From a virus (taxonomy: Duplodnaviria > Caudoviricetes): DNA of 55,742 bases. Every line of letters starts with the position of its first letter. The stretch's first letter is position 1. The position numbers and the translations under genes are program-made. Below the pieces are notes generated by a model. It ran no database searches and had not been told where the DNA came from. It was given only the letters and a program-made list of their open reading frames with translations. The stretch lies in the IMG/VR virus record IMGVR_UViG_3300025513_000009, positions 1-55,742 of that record. The stretch is one strand, 5' to 3'. Below, piece after piece: positions 17,903-27,142 of the stretch.

Positions 17903-17947
17903 TGCGACACAATGGCTTATTGCAATTACTTATATGATTGCTATAAT
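17903..17947 (+). promoter_or_regulatory. Early promoter 6 with RegA-like box
   Basis: TGCGACACAATGGCTT-A-TTGCAA-16-TATAAT. Confidence 0.75.
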
Positions 17948-17981
17948 AATTTTATTAACTAACATATAGTGAGGTACTAAT

Positions 17982-19397
17982 ATGACAGAAGCAATCGATA
18001 CTAAAAGTTTGTTAAGACTTATGCGATCTAGGACTTATAGTACTAGCTCAAGCAGTAGTCTTTCATACTACGAAGTTTATAGACGATTCAGAATAAAATA
18101 CCTGACACGACATGACTTACTTGATAGGGAAAAGTTAGAGCTGCATTTAAGGGAAACAGTTGGTCGCCCTAATGAGGATTTAGGTGCGTTATTTTCTAGG
18201 ATATCAGCATTTACTAGAATAATACACGATCATTGTACTGCTAGGGGCTTCAATGTATCAAGACATTCTAATCTATTATGGAGTATGCGATCTACTACCC
18301 CGTTATCTGAAGCGTCTGACTATGACTTAAGTCAATGTGAAGATTGTGACGGATATGACAACTATGATGAAATGATATTCATTGAGGGATCAGGTGAGAT
18401 AAGAGTCTGTCAAAGTTGTTGTGACGGAGATTACAGTTATTCAGAGCATGACGGAATGTATTATCATAACGACGATTACCCTGACTATGATGATGAGTTT
18501 GATGACGAACGTGATGAAACAGATATAGATGAATACGGCAAACACTATTATAAAACATGTGTAGTTAACTTCATGCAAGGTCGTGGCTTAACAACAGGGT
18601 GGATCAATGAGGGCATGAGGTTGCCAAGTGATGACAAAGATGAGATGCTTATGGGACTTGAATCTGAATTTAGATTGAGGGACGACCATGATCTAGAAGA
18701 TGTAGTATCAGATATACATTCACAAATGAAAGGGTTTGCGATTGTAAAAAATGACGGCTCATTAGGGGATGACGATACAGATAGTGGGGAGATTGTGACT
18801 ATACCTGCCACCCTAAAAGCACAAAAATATATGTGGTCTAAATTCTGTGAAAGTAAACATAACTTTGCAGATAGAATAAAAGCATGGCACTCTAGAGATT
18901 GTGGCATACATATTCATATAGATAGGAGATCAGTCACACCATTAGAAATCGGTAAGCTATTAATATTTATAAATGGTGGGCATAATGCTGACTTTATAAA
19001 TCAGTTTGCTGGTAGAGGATCGGCTTCATACTGTGAAAGATCACCCAAGTCAGTCAAGGAAGGGCTTGAGAGTTCTAGAAATAGATATGAAGCTCTTAAT
19101 AATGGCAATTCTAAAACTATAGAGTTCAGAATATTTAGAGGAAACATTGCCAAGCAAGGGGTACTAAGGAACTTAGAATTTGTCCATGCCTTAGTTCAAT
19201 TTGTAAAGCAATCTGCCTATGATAATCATTCAGATAGGATAATTGAACTGACCTATGAAAAATTTGCAGACTATGTGAGTATGCAAAACAATAGAGGTGT
19301 GTATCCATACCTTTATAAGTGGCTTGTGAAGAATGGCTTTTCACAACCTAAGATAAACAACACTATAAGAGAAAATGAGGTAAACGAATGTGCTTAA
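17982..19397 (+). CDS. Putative amidoligase (COOH-NH2 ligase fold) with Cys-rich N-terminal region
   Basis: GLESE, DGSL, EIVT, CGIHIH, RYEALN and TIEFR motifs; CxxC pairs upstream. Confidence 0.85.
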   Translation: MTEAIDTKSLLRLMRSRTYSTSSSSSLSYYEVYRRFRIKYLTRHDLLDREKLELHLRETVGRPNEDLGALFSRISAFTRIIHDHCTARGFNVSRHSNLLWSMRSTTPLSEASDYDLSQCEDCDGYDNYDEMIFIEGSGEIRVCQSCCDGDYSYSEHDGMYYHNDDYPDYDDEFDDERDETDIDEYGKHYYKTCVVNFMQGRGLTTGWINEGMRLPSDDKDEMLMGLESEFRLRDDHDLEDVVSDIHSQMKGFAIVKNDGSLGDDDTDSGEIVTIPATLKAQKYMWSKFCESKHNFADRIKAWHSRDCGIHIHIDRRSVTPLEIGKLLIFINGGHNADFINQFAGRGSASYCERSPKSVKEGLESSRNRYEALNNGNSKTIEFRIFRGNIAKQGVLRNLEFVHALVQFVKQSAYDNHSDRIIELTYEKFADYVSMQNNRGVYPYLYKWLVKNGFSQPKINNTIRENEVNECA

Positions 19398-20371
19398 TAG
19401 TAAAAACAAATGACTCTTCAGAAGTCAAAGAAAACTTAATCAAGTCTGCATATGAAAATAATTCAGACGGATTTGGTGTCATGTATCTAATGAAAGATAG
19501 AATACATACACAAAAGATTGTGCCTAAATCTTCAGATGACATTGTGCAACTGTTCGATAAGTACAAAGATTTAAAAATTCCAATGGGATTACATTGGAGA
19601 TACACAACAGTAGGTGAAACTAACAAAAGTAATTGCCACCCCTTTAGTGTATTGACTATGGAAAAACATGGTCGTGATTTATTCTTGATGCACAATGGTG
19701 CAAAGCTACCTACCCCAATGCTTGACAAAGATAAATCAGACACACACCAGTATATAAAGTATGTATTGCGACCTATGTTAGCCAACAATCCTGATCTACT
19801 ATACAATAGAGATTGGCAGGACATGATAGAGGATAGTATCGGAAGCGATAAGTTATTATTCCTAGATAGTAAGACAAAGAAGTTTACTACTATCAATGAA
19901 GATCAAGGTGAAACTTTAGATAATGATATGTGGCTATCCAATACATACTCACTATCAAGGGGGGTTGGTATGGATTATGATCCTGTGACTGACACCTTGT
20001 CAGATAACAAACCACTATCAGTATATGGTAATACATATGCTAATGGTACATGGTTTAATAAGAAAGTTAAAGGTATGTATGATGATAATATGTACGGCTA
20101 TGATGGTTGGGATGGTGGAATGTATGACTACGACACCGAAACTTTCAAACCATTAAGTAAGACATTCGATATAGCTAGAGATGGAGAGTTGTATAACCTA
20201 TCTGATTTGTATGGGGCAACCCATGATGAAATAGATGAGGTCATTAAGAGAAATCCTAGTGGGACTGCTGAACTATTGCAAGACCTAGTATATGCTACTG
20301 ATGATGAAATCTATGACAGTATATCTGAACTGCAACAACTTAAGAATAATAAAAAGAAGGGAAACAAATAA
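19388..20371 (+). CDS. Class II (Ntn) glutamine amidotransferase
   Basis: N-terminal Met-Cys, NSDGFG, HWRYTT.G, NCHPF, HNG and SDT. Confidence 0.9.
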   Translation: MCLIVKTNDSSEVKENLIKSAYENNSDGFGVMYLMKDRIHTQKIVPKSSDDIVQLFDKYKDLKIPMGLHWRYTTVGETNKSNCHPFSVLTMEKHGRDLFLMHNGAKLPTPMLDKDKSDTHQYIKYVLRPMLANNPDLLYNRDWQDMIEDSIGSDKLLFLDSKTKKFTTINEDQGETLDNDMWLSNTYSLSRGVGMDYDPVTDTLSDNKPLSVYGNTYANGTWFNKKVKGMYDDNMYGYDGWDGGMYDYDTETFKPLSKTFDIARDGELYNLSDLYGATHDEIDEVIKRNPSGTAELLQDLVYATDDEIYDSISELQQLKNNKKKGNK

Positions 20372-21117
20372 TGACATGGACTTATAAAGTAAAACCTATA
20401 GCTATGCAAAAGCAAATGATTATGGGATTATGTTTATCAACAAGAAGAAACTTTGTTATGTTTAAGAAAGACAGAAGTTATGTATTTGTTGATAAAGATT
20501 TACGAAATGCTAGAGCATTTAAAGATGAGAGTTTGCAGAGATATGCAAAAGGTGTAGCTGAAAGCCTTGAATCACAGGTAAATATGAAAGATATATCTTG
20601 GGGCATCGCCAAAATTATGCCACCTCATATACCTTACACCCATAGATTTAAGATTGTCGATACTGATGAATCAACTATCACCAAAATTAAACAGCAGATC
20701 AAGGAGTTAAAGTTTGTGGATAACCATGAATCAAAGTATATCTTGATTGCGACAGGCACTAAGATAAACCATGCCGAATTTAATTCCTTAGTGGTAGACA
20801 AACCTGAGTATAAAATACACAGGAGAATATTAACTAAGCCGAATGTATGGCGATCATATAAGTATCTATATCCTGCCGTGAAAAAGAATATGCCTTTCTT
20901 CAACAGGGCATATATAAATTCAAGGGATGTGACAACTTCTGAGTACAGTATGCCCAATGGTATACCTCATGACCTGAAGGCAATGATATTCCATACTGGT
21001 AGAAATGAGTTTGAATTGCTACCGACAGATAACATTGAACAACTGTCCAAAGATTCAGACAAAACTTTATCATGGGATGAACACGGATATAAGACACCTT
21101 TAATTTCAACAAATTAG
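20371..21117 (+). CDS. Hypothetical protein
   Basis: 248 aa, coupled to the GATase stop. Confidence 0.7.
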   Translation: MTWTYKVKPIAMQKQMIMGLCLSTRRNFVMFKKDRSYVFVDKDLRNARAFKDESLQRYAKGVAESLESQVNMKDISWGIAKIMPPHIPYTHRFKIVDTDESTITKIKQQIKELKFVDNHESKYILIATGTKINHAEFNSLVVDKPEYKIHRRILTKPNVWRSYKYLYPAVKKNMPFFNRAYINSRDVTTSEYSMPNGIPHDLKAMIFHTGRNEFELLPTDNIEQLSKDSDKTLSWDEHGYKTPLISTN

Positions 21118-21135
21118 CATAGCTAATACCTCACG

Positions 21136-21180
21136 AAAAGAGGGGGCACGGCAAAACTGAATTGCAATGTCCCCTTTTTT
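21136..21180 (+). terminator. Probable intrinsic terminator of the early operon
   Basis: AAAAGAGGGGGCA...TGTCCCC followed by TTTTTT. Confidence 0.55.
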
Positions 21181-21189
21181 CCCAATATA

Positions 21190-21390
21190 ACACCGTGAAA
21201 TCACCGACAAACCCCGAACCACACCTGTTTAGGGGATGTCACACCCTCACCCTTACATATATATATATATATATATAATTAATTATATATAAAAAAATAA
21301 TATAATTAAAATCGTATATTAGAGGGGTATGGGGGTGGGTAGTACGATAAGGGTGTAATACGAGGTCATTCGGTGATCGTGCGGTATTAC
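21190..21390. other. Putative replication origin
   Basis: 56-bp A/T-only core (21257-21312, including (AT)10) flanked by a C-rich left arm and a G-rich right arm with inverted repeats. Confidence 0.55.
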
Positions 21391-21395
21391 ATTAC

Positions 21396-21439
21396 TGCGA
21401 CACAATAGTTGTTGCATTTAATAATAGAAGGAGTATAAT
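21396..21439 (+). promoter_or_regulatory. Promoter 7 with RegA-like half box
   Basis: TGCGACACAATAGTTG abutting TTGCAT-16-TATAAT. Confidence 0.65.
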
Positions 21440-21644
21440 GATGACTATGATTAACAGACTAAAGACGGAACTAAGTACACTACAAACGGATCTATCTCAA
21501 CAGATAGAAGGGTACGAGAGATTGCCAGTCGGAACAAGTGATGAACGAATCACGCAAGGGTGGCTTGAGGCGGTCGAGTATATAGATAAACATATACAAA
21601 GGCTAGAAGAAGATGAACAACAGGAGGACTTTGACAATGGGTAA
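21438..21644 (+). CDS. Hypothetical protein
   Basis: 68-aa helical ORF; exact start uncertain. Confidence 0.65.
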   Translation: MMTMINRLKTELSTLQTDLSQQIEGYERLPVGTSDERITQGWLEAVEYIDKHIQRLEEDEQQEDFDNG

Positions 21645-21831
21645 GGTAAAAGAATGGATGCAAGATCAGGTAGAGAACATGACTGATGTAGAACTACAAG
21701 AGTATGAAGATACTAATGCACACCAAGATGATTTGTTTAGTGTGTTAGTTAATGCACACAAAGAATCAATGACATGGTACGAACATGAAGGACAGTTCGT
21801 AAGGAAGGATAAGAATGAAAAAGATAGTTAA
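21637..21831 (+). CDS. Hypothetical acidic protein
   Basis: MGKVKEWM start after AGGAGG. Confidence 0.65.
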   Translation: MGKVKEWMQDQVENMTDVELQEYEDTNAHQDDLFSVLVNAHKESMTWYEHEGQFVRKDKNEKDS

Positions 21832-21852
21832 CCCAATGGAGGAGGATAGAAA

Positions 21853-21936
21853 ATGAACTACGAAAGTATAACTGTAATGCTACTGACTATGACAATAATT
21901 ATTTGTCTAGCATTTACTTTAGGGTACTTCATATGA
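21853..21936 (+). CDS. Small single-TM peptide (27 aa)
   Basis: GGAGGA RBS; MNYESITVMLLTMTIIICLAFTLGYFI. Confidence 0.5.
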   Translation: MNYESITVMLLTMTIIICLAFTLGYFI

Positions 21937-22106
21937 CTGGCTTAGTATTATTTTTTATGCTGGTGTTTATGGGTAGTCTAGGATATGGAGGTGCATATCT
22001 CCATATGAATAGGCAGATAAAGATGAGGGAAATTGAAATCAATATACTGCATATGTATATAAGTAAGGAGTTAGGCAATGAAGAAAGAAGAGCAGTTGGA
22101 ATATGA
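21933..22106 (+). CDS. Small membrane protein
   Basis: ATGA overlap; hydrophobic N-terminus. Confidence 0.55.
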   Translation: MTGLVLFFMLVFMGSLGYGGAYLHMNRQIKMREIEINILHMYISKELGNEERRAVGI

Positions 22107-22227
22107 AAGACTTAAAGGTAATGCTATCAATGGTACTATGAATTTTGATAAGGCTATGCGTTACTTCACACTAGCAAGGAAGTATAAGGAAGGTAAGGCT
22201 AATGACAAAACAAGAAACACAAAATAG
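22078..22227 (+). CDS. Hypothetical 49-aa protein
   Basis: TAAGGAG RBS; fills the gap between neighbouring genes. Confidence 0.5.
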   Translation: MKKEEQLEYERLKGNAINGTMNFDKAMRYFTLARKYKEGKANDKTRNTK

Positions 22228-22396
22228 AGAGTTCTCTAAAGGGCTTATACAATTCATGCGTAAGTATATACCACTAGGTCAGGTCGAAAGATTACTAGCC
22301 GAGAGGTTGGCTCAATGTTATGATGCGTTTCCTCAAACAGAGATGCAAGACAGGGAACAGTTTCAGAAATGGTTGAGTATACACAATGAAGGATGA
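22202..22396 (+). CDS. Hypothetical protein
   Basis: 64-aa ORF in the early/middle cluster. Confidence 0.6.
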   Translation: MTKQETQNREFSKGLIQFMRKYIPLGQVERLLAERLAQCYDAFPQTEMQDREQFQKWLSIHNEG

Positions 22397-22610
22397 GGAT
22401 ATGGTATGGGATATAGCCTATTGGAATCCCTCCGACAAAGTGACGGACGCACAGCTAGATAGATTCCTATTAGACGGAACAGGATCGTCAGTAGAGATGC
22501 CAAAGTATTATACTGTCCGACAGTTTGTCGAAGCATATAACAATCAAGAGATAACAGACATGGGTTGGTTGTATCACACTGACCGACACAATGACAGGAG
22601 AATAAAATGA
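22386..22610 (+). CDS. Hypothetical protein
   Basis: 74 aa, overlapping the previous stop. Confidence 0.6.
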   Translation: MKDEDMVWDIAYWNPSDKVTDAQLDRFLLDGTGSSVEMPKYYTVRQFVEAYNNQEITDMGWLYHTDRHNDRRIK

Positions 22611-22756
22611 TAATGAAGTTAGTATATAAGATATTAAATATTAAACCAACACCACGCTCTACTAAAATGAAATGGGTCTGGCTTGGTATACATTGTAATG
22701 ATGATAAACTAAATAAATTTGTTGACATCAGTAAGAAAATGTGATAACAATAGAGT

Positions 22757-23161
22757 ATGAAACTACCTAAACATATAAGAATCGGAGCATTTAAAATTGA
22801 GTTAGTATGTCTACCTCATAACTTAATGTACGAAATCGGAGAAGCACAAGGTACATTTATAGTCAAGCCACCCTATCAAATCTTTCTAGATAAGGAAATG
22901 ATAGACACGGGTGGGGCTGATGCAATCAATGTGGTACTGCATGAACTATTACATGTAGGTTATTATCAATACCATTTGAAAGATAAGGAAGAAGAGACTA
23001 TAGTTAATTCATTCGGTAACTTTATGACTGAACTCTTATGTCACACAGGGCTAGGAGATTGGATTGCGTTTGAAAAAAACAGAGAAAGGAAAACAAGTGG
23101 AGGAATACCTGTTCGTATACGGAACACTAAAAAGAAACGAAAGACTACACGACCTACTTAG
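22757..23161 (+). CDS. HExxH zinc metallopeptidase-like protein
   Basis: VVLHELLH plus a downstream EEE; TTGACA promoter at ~22722. Confidence 0.7.
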   Translation: MKLPKHIRIGAFKIELVCLPHNLMYEIGEAQGTFIVKPPYQIFLDKEMIDTGGADAINVVLHELLHVGYYQYHLKDKEEETIVNSFGNFMTELLCHTGLGDWIAFEKNRERKTSGGIPVRIRNTKKKRKTTRPT

Positions 23162-23510
23162 ATCACAAGAGTTTATAGATACTGCTACAACAGTGGACGC
23201 GAACTTTAACATGGGAGATCTAGGCAATGCCTACCCTATAGTATTTAGAAGTAACGAAGATGAAGATACATTTAAGTACAAGATAAGGGGCGAGGTTTTT
23301 AAACTGACTAACCCTGCCGTGTACCACTACATAGATAGAATGGAAAAGGGTGCGGCATATAAGATGGTTGACACCATAGTTAGATTAAGCGATAATAAAA
23401 AGATGATAGTAAAGATGTATGTAATGGACGACCTGCCATACAAGCCTAGCTATTTAACTCAAGACAATATTAAATCTAAAAGAAACATACTCGAATGGAG
23501 CAATCAATAA
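23064..23510 (+). CDS. Gamma-glutamylcyclotransferase (AIG2/YtfP family)
   Basis: LFVYGTLK...YP...GEVF...DRME...Y; an alternative GTG start lies at 23097. Confidence 0.85.
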   Translation: MRLKKTEKGKQVEEYLFVYGTLKRNERLHDLLRSQEFIDTATTVDANFNMGDLGNAYPIVFRSNEDEDTFKYKIRGEVFKLTNPAVYHYIDRMEKGAAYKMVDTIVRLSDNKKMIVKMYVMDDLPYKPSYLTQDNIKSKRNILEWSNQ

Positions 23511-23632
23511 TGGGCTTCGAAGAAATATGTAATAGGATCACAGGAGCATTGATGTGGGTAGCTACTTACGGAGTAGCTATTCTTTTCATAGGTTTATTTA
23601 TACAAAACGTAATACTTTAAAAGGAGGACGGC

Positions 23633-23860
23633 ATGACTAAAAAGAAAAAGACATATACGACAGGTGATGATTTCTTAACTGATGAAACACTAGAATTATT
23701 TGACGAGAACATGGACATCAGTGAGTATGTAGATGACCCAAGATTTGACGCAAACGATTACGAATATTTACAGGAGGTACACAGAGATGGGATTCAATCC
23801 AAAGACGTACAATTTATTTCAACAGATAGATATTTCAAACGCCTTAGAAAAGGCGAGTGA
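23633..23860 (+). CDS. Acidic hypothetical protein
   Basis: 75 aa, AGGAGG RBS. Confidence 0.65.
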   Translation: MTKKKKTYTTGDDFLTDETLELFDENMDISEYVDDPRFDANDYEYLQEVHRDGIQSKDVQFISTDRYFKRLRKGE

Positions 23861-24113
23861 TTACATTGACTCAGTTGACAAGGAAGAAGTAAAACTATTT
23901 ATACCAAGCGACAATCCTTTCGCACTTAAGATGAGGATACACCGATATGTAAAAGCATATCGTGAACAGATGTCTAACAAAGATAATGTTGACCACCAAA
24001 AGTATGACATGTTATCTATCAACACATCAGACAAGGGAGTTGAAATCTCTAGCGTCCTCGATAAAATGCAGGACTTAATTATTAAAGATGCAGATACAGG
24101 AGTGGAAATATAA
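23787..24113 (+). CDS. Hypothetical protein
   Basis: MGFNPK start after AGGAGG (the track starts at 23733). Confidence 0.65.
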   Translation: MGFNPKTYNLFQQIDISNALEKASDYIDSVDKEEVKLFIPSDNPFALKMRIHRYVKAYREQMSNKDNVDHQKYDMLSINTSDKGVEISSVLDKMQDLIIKDADTGVEI

Positions 24114-24412
24114 TGGAAGAAGAAGAATATAGATTAGAGTTTGAGAAGGCTATCGAGACATTGAAACCTGCCATACTAGAGGCGGCTGAAGAATACCCTA
24201 CTGATGTAGTGGTGTCAGCTTTGATCGAGGTAGGCATGAGGCTATCACTACTTAAGTATGGTGCTATGGGGTTAGTTGGTTTACTTGCTGACATCCTACA
24301 TACAACAGCTACATCAGGTAAGATGATAGATGAGATGCAAAAGAAAGCAAGTAAGTCAGATCAAGATGTGATGACTGAATTTAAAAATGCAGGAAAGGAT
24401 ACTCAACACTAA
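24113..24412 (+). CDS. Hypothetical protein
   Basis: 99 aa, translationally coupled. Confidence 0.7.
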   Translation: MEEEEYRLEFEKAIETLKPAILEAAEEYPTDVVVSALIEVGMRLSLLKYGAMGLVGLLADILHTTATSGKMIDEMQKKASKSDQDVMTEFKNAGKDTQH

Positions 24413-24657
24413 TGGTAAAAGAAAAAGAAAAAGAAATTACTCTTGAGATTCCTAGTGAGTTACTAGAGACAGACCCTCTTGTACTAGCCGAAGATGAGAA
24501 GGGTATACAAACTATCGTTGCTTATCTACAGGCTACGAGAGAGAACGTGAGACATGCCGAGGCAAGTGGTAAGAGAATTAGTAAAGGGTCTGCGACAAAG
24601 ATAGCACCTAAAAAGTTTGACAAGAACCCACTTGACATGTTACTATCAGAAACATAG
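24412..24657 (+). CDS. Hypothetical protein
   Basis: 81 aa, translationally coupled. Confidence 0.7.
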   Translation: MVKEKEKEITLEIPSELLETDPLVLAEDEKGIQTIVAYLQATRENVRHAEASGKRISKGSATKIAPKKFDKNPLDMLLSET

Positions 24658-24667
24658 GAGAAAATAA

Positions 24668-25627
24668 ATGAGTGAGTTGCCCGAAAGATTAAGGAAGTTT
24701 ATATGGAACGACAGAGGTGCCCCCGTCCAGAAGGTATGGGATACATCTAGTCTAAGTTCTTTTCTTGCATGTCCAAGATATTATAACTGGTCAGTACTAA
24801 ATGGTTGGCGACATGCTAGCTATGGTACGGCTACAGGTTTTGGATCAGCAGTACACGAGGGCTTTGAACAACTAGAGATTGGTAAGTTCGAAGGTAAATC
24901 TAAAGAAGAGTCACTAGTCATGGCGGTTAAGTTTGTCCTCGAAAATTTTGGCAAGGAACTAAACTTGTCTGATGATAAGGCAAGGGGATTAGAATCCTGT
25001 CTACGTGCTATCGTATGGAGAGCCGAAGAATATTGGGACGACAACTTAAAGTTAGCGACCATGCCTGACGGAACGCCTGCCCTTGAGCAGAGATTCGAAG
25101 TACCTATTGGAGACAAAGGTCACAGGTTTAGTGGTAGGATAGATAAGATTGTTACCATAGATGATAGGTTATATATTGTAGACTTTAAAACTACGAAGAC
25201 ATCCTTGTCTGACTATTACTTCAAAGGATTCATGCCTAACAATCAGATCTTTGCATACATATGGGCGTGTCGTGAGGTACTCAAGTTACCTGTGGATGGT
25301 GCTATCATTGATGGAGTACAGACAGGTGTGAACTTTACTAGGTTTGCAAGGCAAGTATTCAATGTACATAAAGATTTACTTGACGAGTGGTATGAAGATA
25401 CGATACACCACCTTGAGATATCAGATGTATATGCTGACTCAGGTTATTATCCTGCGGATTTTACAGCATGTAATAACTATGGTGGGTGTAAGTTTAGAGA
25501 GACTTGCTCACACTCAGGTAATCAAAGAGATATGTTCTTCGAAGAAGATTTCAGACAGCAGTTACATGCAGACTTAGAAGAGACTAAGCCTATGACGTTA
25601 GAGGTTATTGATGGTGGTACTAAATGA
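24668..25627 (+). CDS. PD-(D/E)XK RecB/Cas4-like exonuclease
   Basis: SSLSSFLACPR, GSAVH, GRID, VDFKT, Q...Y and C-terminal C..C..C (probable Fe-S staple). Confidence 0.9.
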   Translation: MSELPERLRKFIWNDRGAPVQKVWDTSSLSSFLACPRYYNWSVLNGWRHASYGTATGFGSAVHEGFEQLEIGKFEGKSKEESLVMAVKFVLENFGKELNLSDDKARGLESCLRAIVWRAEEYWDDNLKLATMPDGTPALEQRFEVPIGDKGHRFSGRIDKIVTIDDRLYIVDFKTTKTSLSDYYFKGFMPNNQIFAYIWACREVLKLPVDGAIIDGVQTGVNFTRFARQVFNVHKDLLDEWYEDTIHHLEISDVYADSGYYPADFTACNNYGGCKFRETCSHSGNQRDMFFEEDFRQQLHADLEETKPMTLEVIDGGTK

Positions 25628-25845
25628 GAAAGCATATAGAAATATATTCAAAAGAAAATTGTAGCTACTGTCAAAACGCGAAACAGTTACTGAAAGAATA
25701 TAATCCTGTTGTACTTATGTTAGACAAGGATTTTAAGAGGGAAGAGTTCTTTGAATTGTTTCCTGATGCGCGATCCTTTCCACAGATCGTAGTCAATGGT
25801 AGGCACATAGGTACTTATCACGATGCCAAGAAACTTTTTTCTTGA
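25624..25845 (+). CDS. Glutaredoxin
   Basis: CSYC active site, SFPQI and IG.Y. Confidence 0.9.
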   Translation: MRKHIEIYSKENCSYCQNAKQLLKEYNPVVLMLDKDFKREEFFELFPDARSFPQIVVNGRHIGTYHDAKKLFS

Positions 25846-25869
25846 CAAATATTTAAAACAAGATATACT
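25842..25869 (+). promoter_or_regulatory. Sigma70-like promoter for replication genes
   Basis: TTGACA-16-TATACT. Confidence 0.65.
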
Positions 25870-25893
25870 TACAACTTAAATAGGAGACCATAG

Positions 25894-26697
25894 ATGGCGA
25901 ACATAAGTCAACACAAATCAACATCAGTTACTAAGCTACTTCTCGTAGGAGATAGTGGCAGTGGTAAGACATCAGCCCTTGCGAGTTTAGCAAACGCTGG
26001 TAAAAAATTACGCATCCTAGATTTTGATGATGGGTTAGATATTCTTTCAGAATACTTAACACCTGACGCAGTATCTAGGGTGTCGTATGTATCATTAAGA
26101 GATTCATTGGGACAAGCATCTGCGTTCAGAAGAGGGGCACAATTATTAGCCACTTGGAAAGACGGAGAAGAGAACTTCGGTTCCGTGAAAGAGTGGGGAG
26201 ACGATACTGTTTTAGTTATTGATTCTCTTACACTCATGGGTGAGGCTGCTTTGAGAGGAGCACTCGTCTTTAATAACAAGAAACCTACTGAGCAACCGAC
26301 ACAACCTGAATGGGGAACGGCTGCTCGAGATGTGCAGAATATTCTCCAATACATTACAGGAGACGAGGTGAAATGTAACGTGGTAGTTACTTCACATATT
26401 CAATACATGGAAGGTGAGTTAGGTATGTCCAAAGCATATCCTACTTCCGTAGGTTCTAAGTTGTCTACCAAGATAGGTAGATACTTTAACTGTGTATGTC
26501 GCATAGATAGCAAGACAACAAGCAAAGGCAATGAACGTTCTCTGAGAACAGTATCTGATAACAAGATGGATCTCAAAGTAACTGCGCCTAGTTTGATTGA
26601 ACCTAACATGGAGTTAGACTTAAGTAAATTGTTTACTTCCATACAAGCTAATGCGAAAAGCAAACTACAAACAACCACAACAAAAGGAGACAAATAA
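25894..26697 (+). CDS. P-loop ATPase (AAA_24/Sak4-like recombination protein)
   Basis: GDSGSGKT and LVIDSLT; lies between an exonuclease and an SSB-like gene. Confidence 0.85.
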   Translation: MANISQHKSTSVTKLLLVGDSGSGKTSALASLANAGKKLRILDFDDGLDILSEYLTPDAVSRVSYVSLRDSLGQASAFRRGAQLLATWKDGEENFGSVKEWGDDTVLVIDSLTLMGEAALRGALVFNNKKPTEQPTQPEWGTAARDVQNILQYITGDEVKCNVVVTSHIQYMEGELGMSKAYPTSVGSKLSTKIGRYFNCVCRIDSKTTSKGNERSLRTVSDNKMDLKVTAPSLIEPNMELDLSKLFTSIQANAKSKLQTTTTKGDK

Positions 26698-27140
26698 TGT
26701 CAAACGTTGCTGACTTTCTAACCATGACACCACAGGATACACCTATGACAGTTGTATTACCTGAGGGTAGTTATGACTTCATTATCACTAGCTATAGAGC
26801 TGATGTGGTAGGTGAAAACCAGACACCACTTGTCAAAGTGAATGTCAAAGCCACAGGTATTTTGGAATCTGATTTAACAGATAAAGATCTGCCTAACGCT
26901 GAGCCCACACGTATGGAGTTTTGGGCTACTCCAAATGCACTGAAGGTTAAGAACCCTGCGACAGGGTTAAAGTCTTTCCTCACATCAGGAATAGACCTAG
27001 GTCATGTAGATGATCTGCCTTACAGTGAGTTGCTAGAAATGGCAATAGGTAAAACCTTCAAGGGAGTTATCAAACATGAGATGGTAGGTAAGAATAAAGA
27101 TATCTTACAAGCATCAGTTAAAAGAATACTGAGTAACTAA
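26697..27140 (+). CDS. Probable ssDNA-binding protein (DUF669-like)
   Basis: LPEGSY N-terminal motif and position after the Sak4-like ATPase. Confidence 0.6.
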   Translation: MSNVADFLTMTPQDTPMTVVLPEGSYDFIITSYRADVVGENQTPLVKVNVKATGILESDLTDKDLPNAEPTRMEFWATPNALKVKNPATGLKSFLTSGIDLGHVDDLPYSELLEMAIGKTFKGVIKHEMVGKNKDILQASVKRILSN

Positions 27141-27142
27141 TC

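Noticed and set aside
16406-17950. Repeated TGCGACA units as a CRISPR or mini-array
   Set aside because: Spacing is irregular, the units are degenerate, genes lie between them and they are tied to promoters.
24668-25627. Cas4 as evidence of a CRISPR-Cas system
   Set aside because: No cas1, cas2 or array; the context is a phage recombination module.
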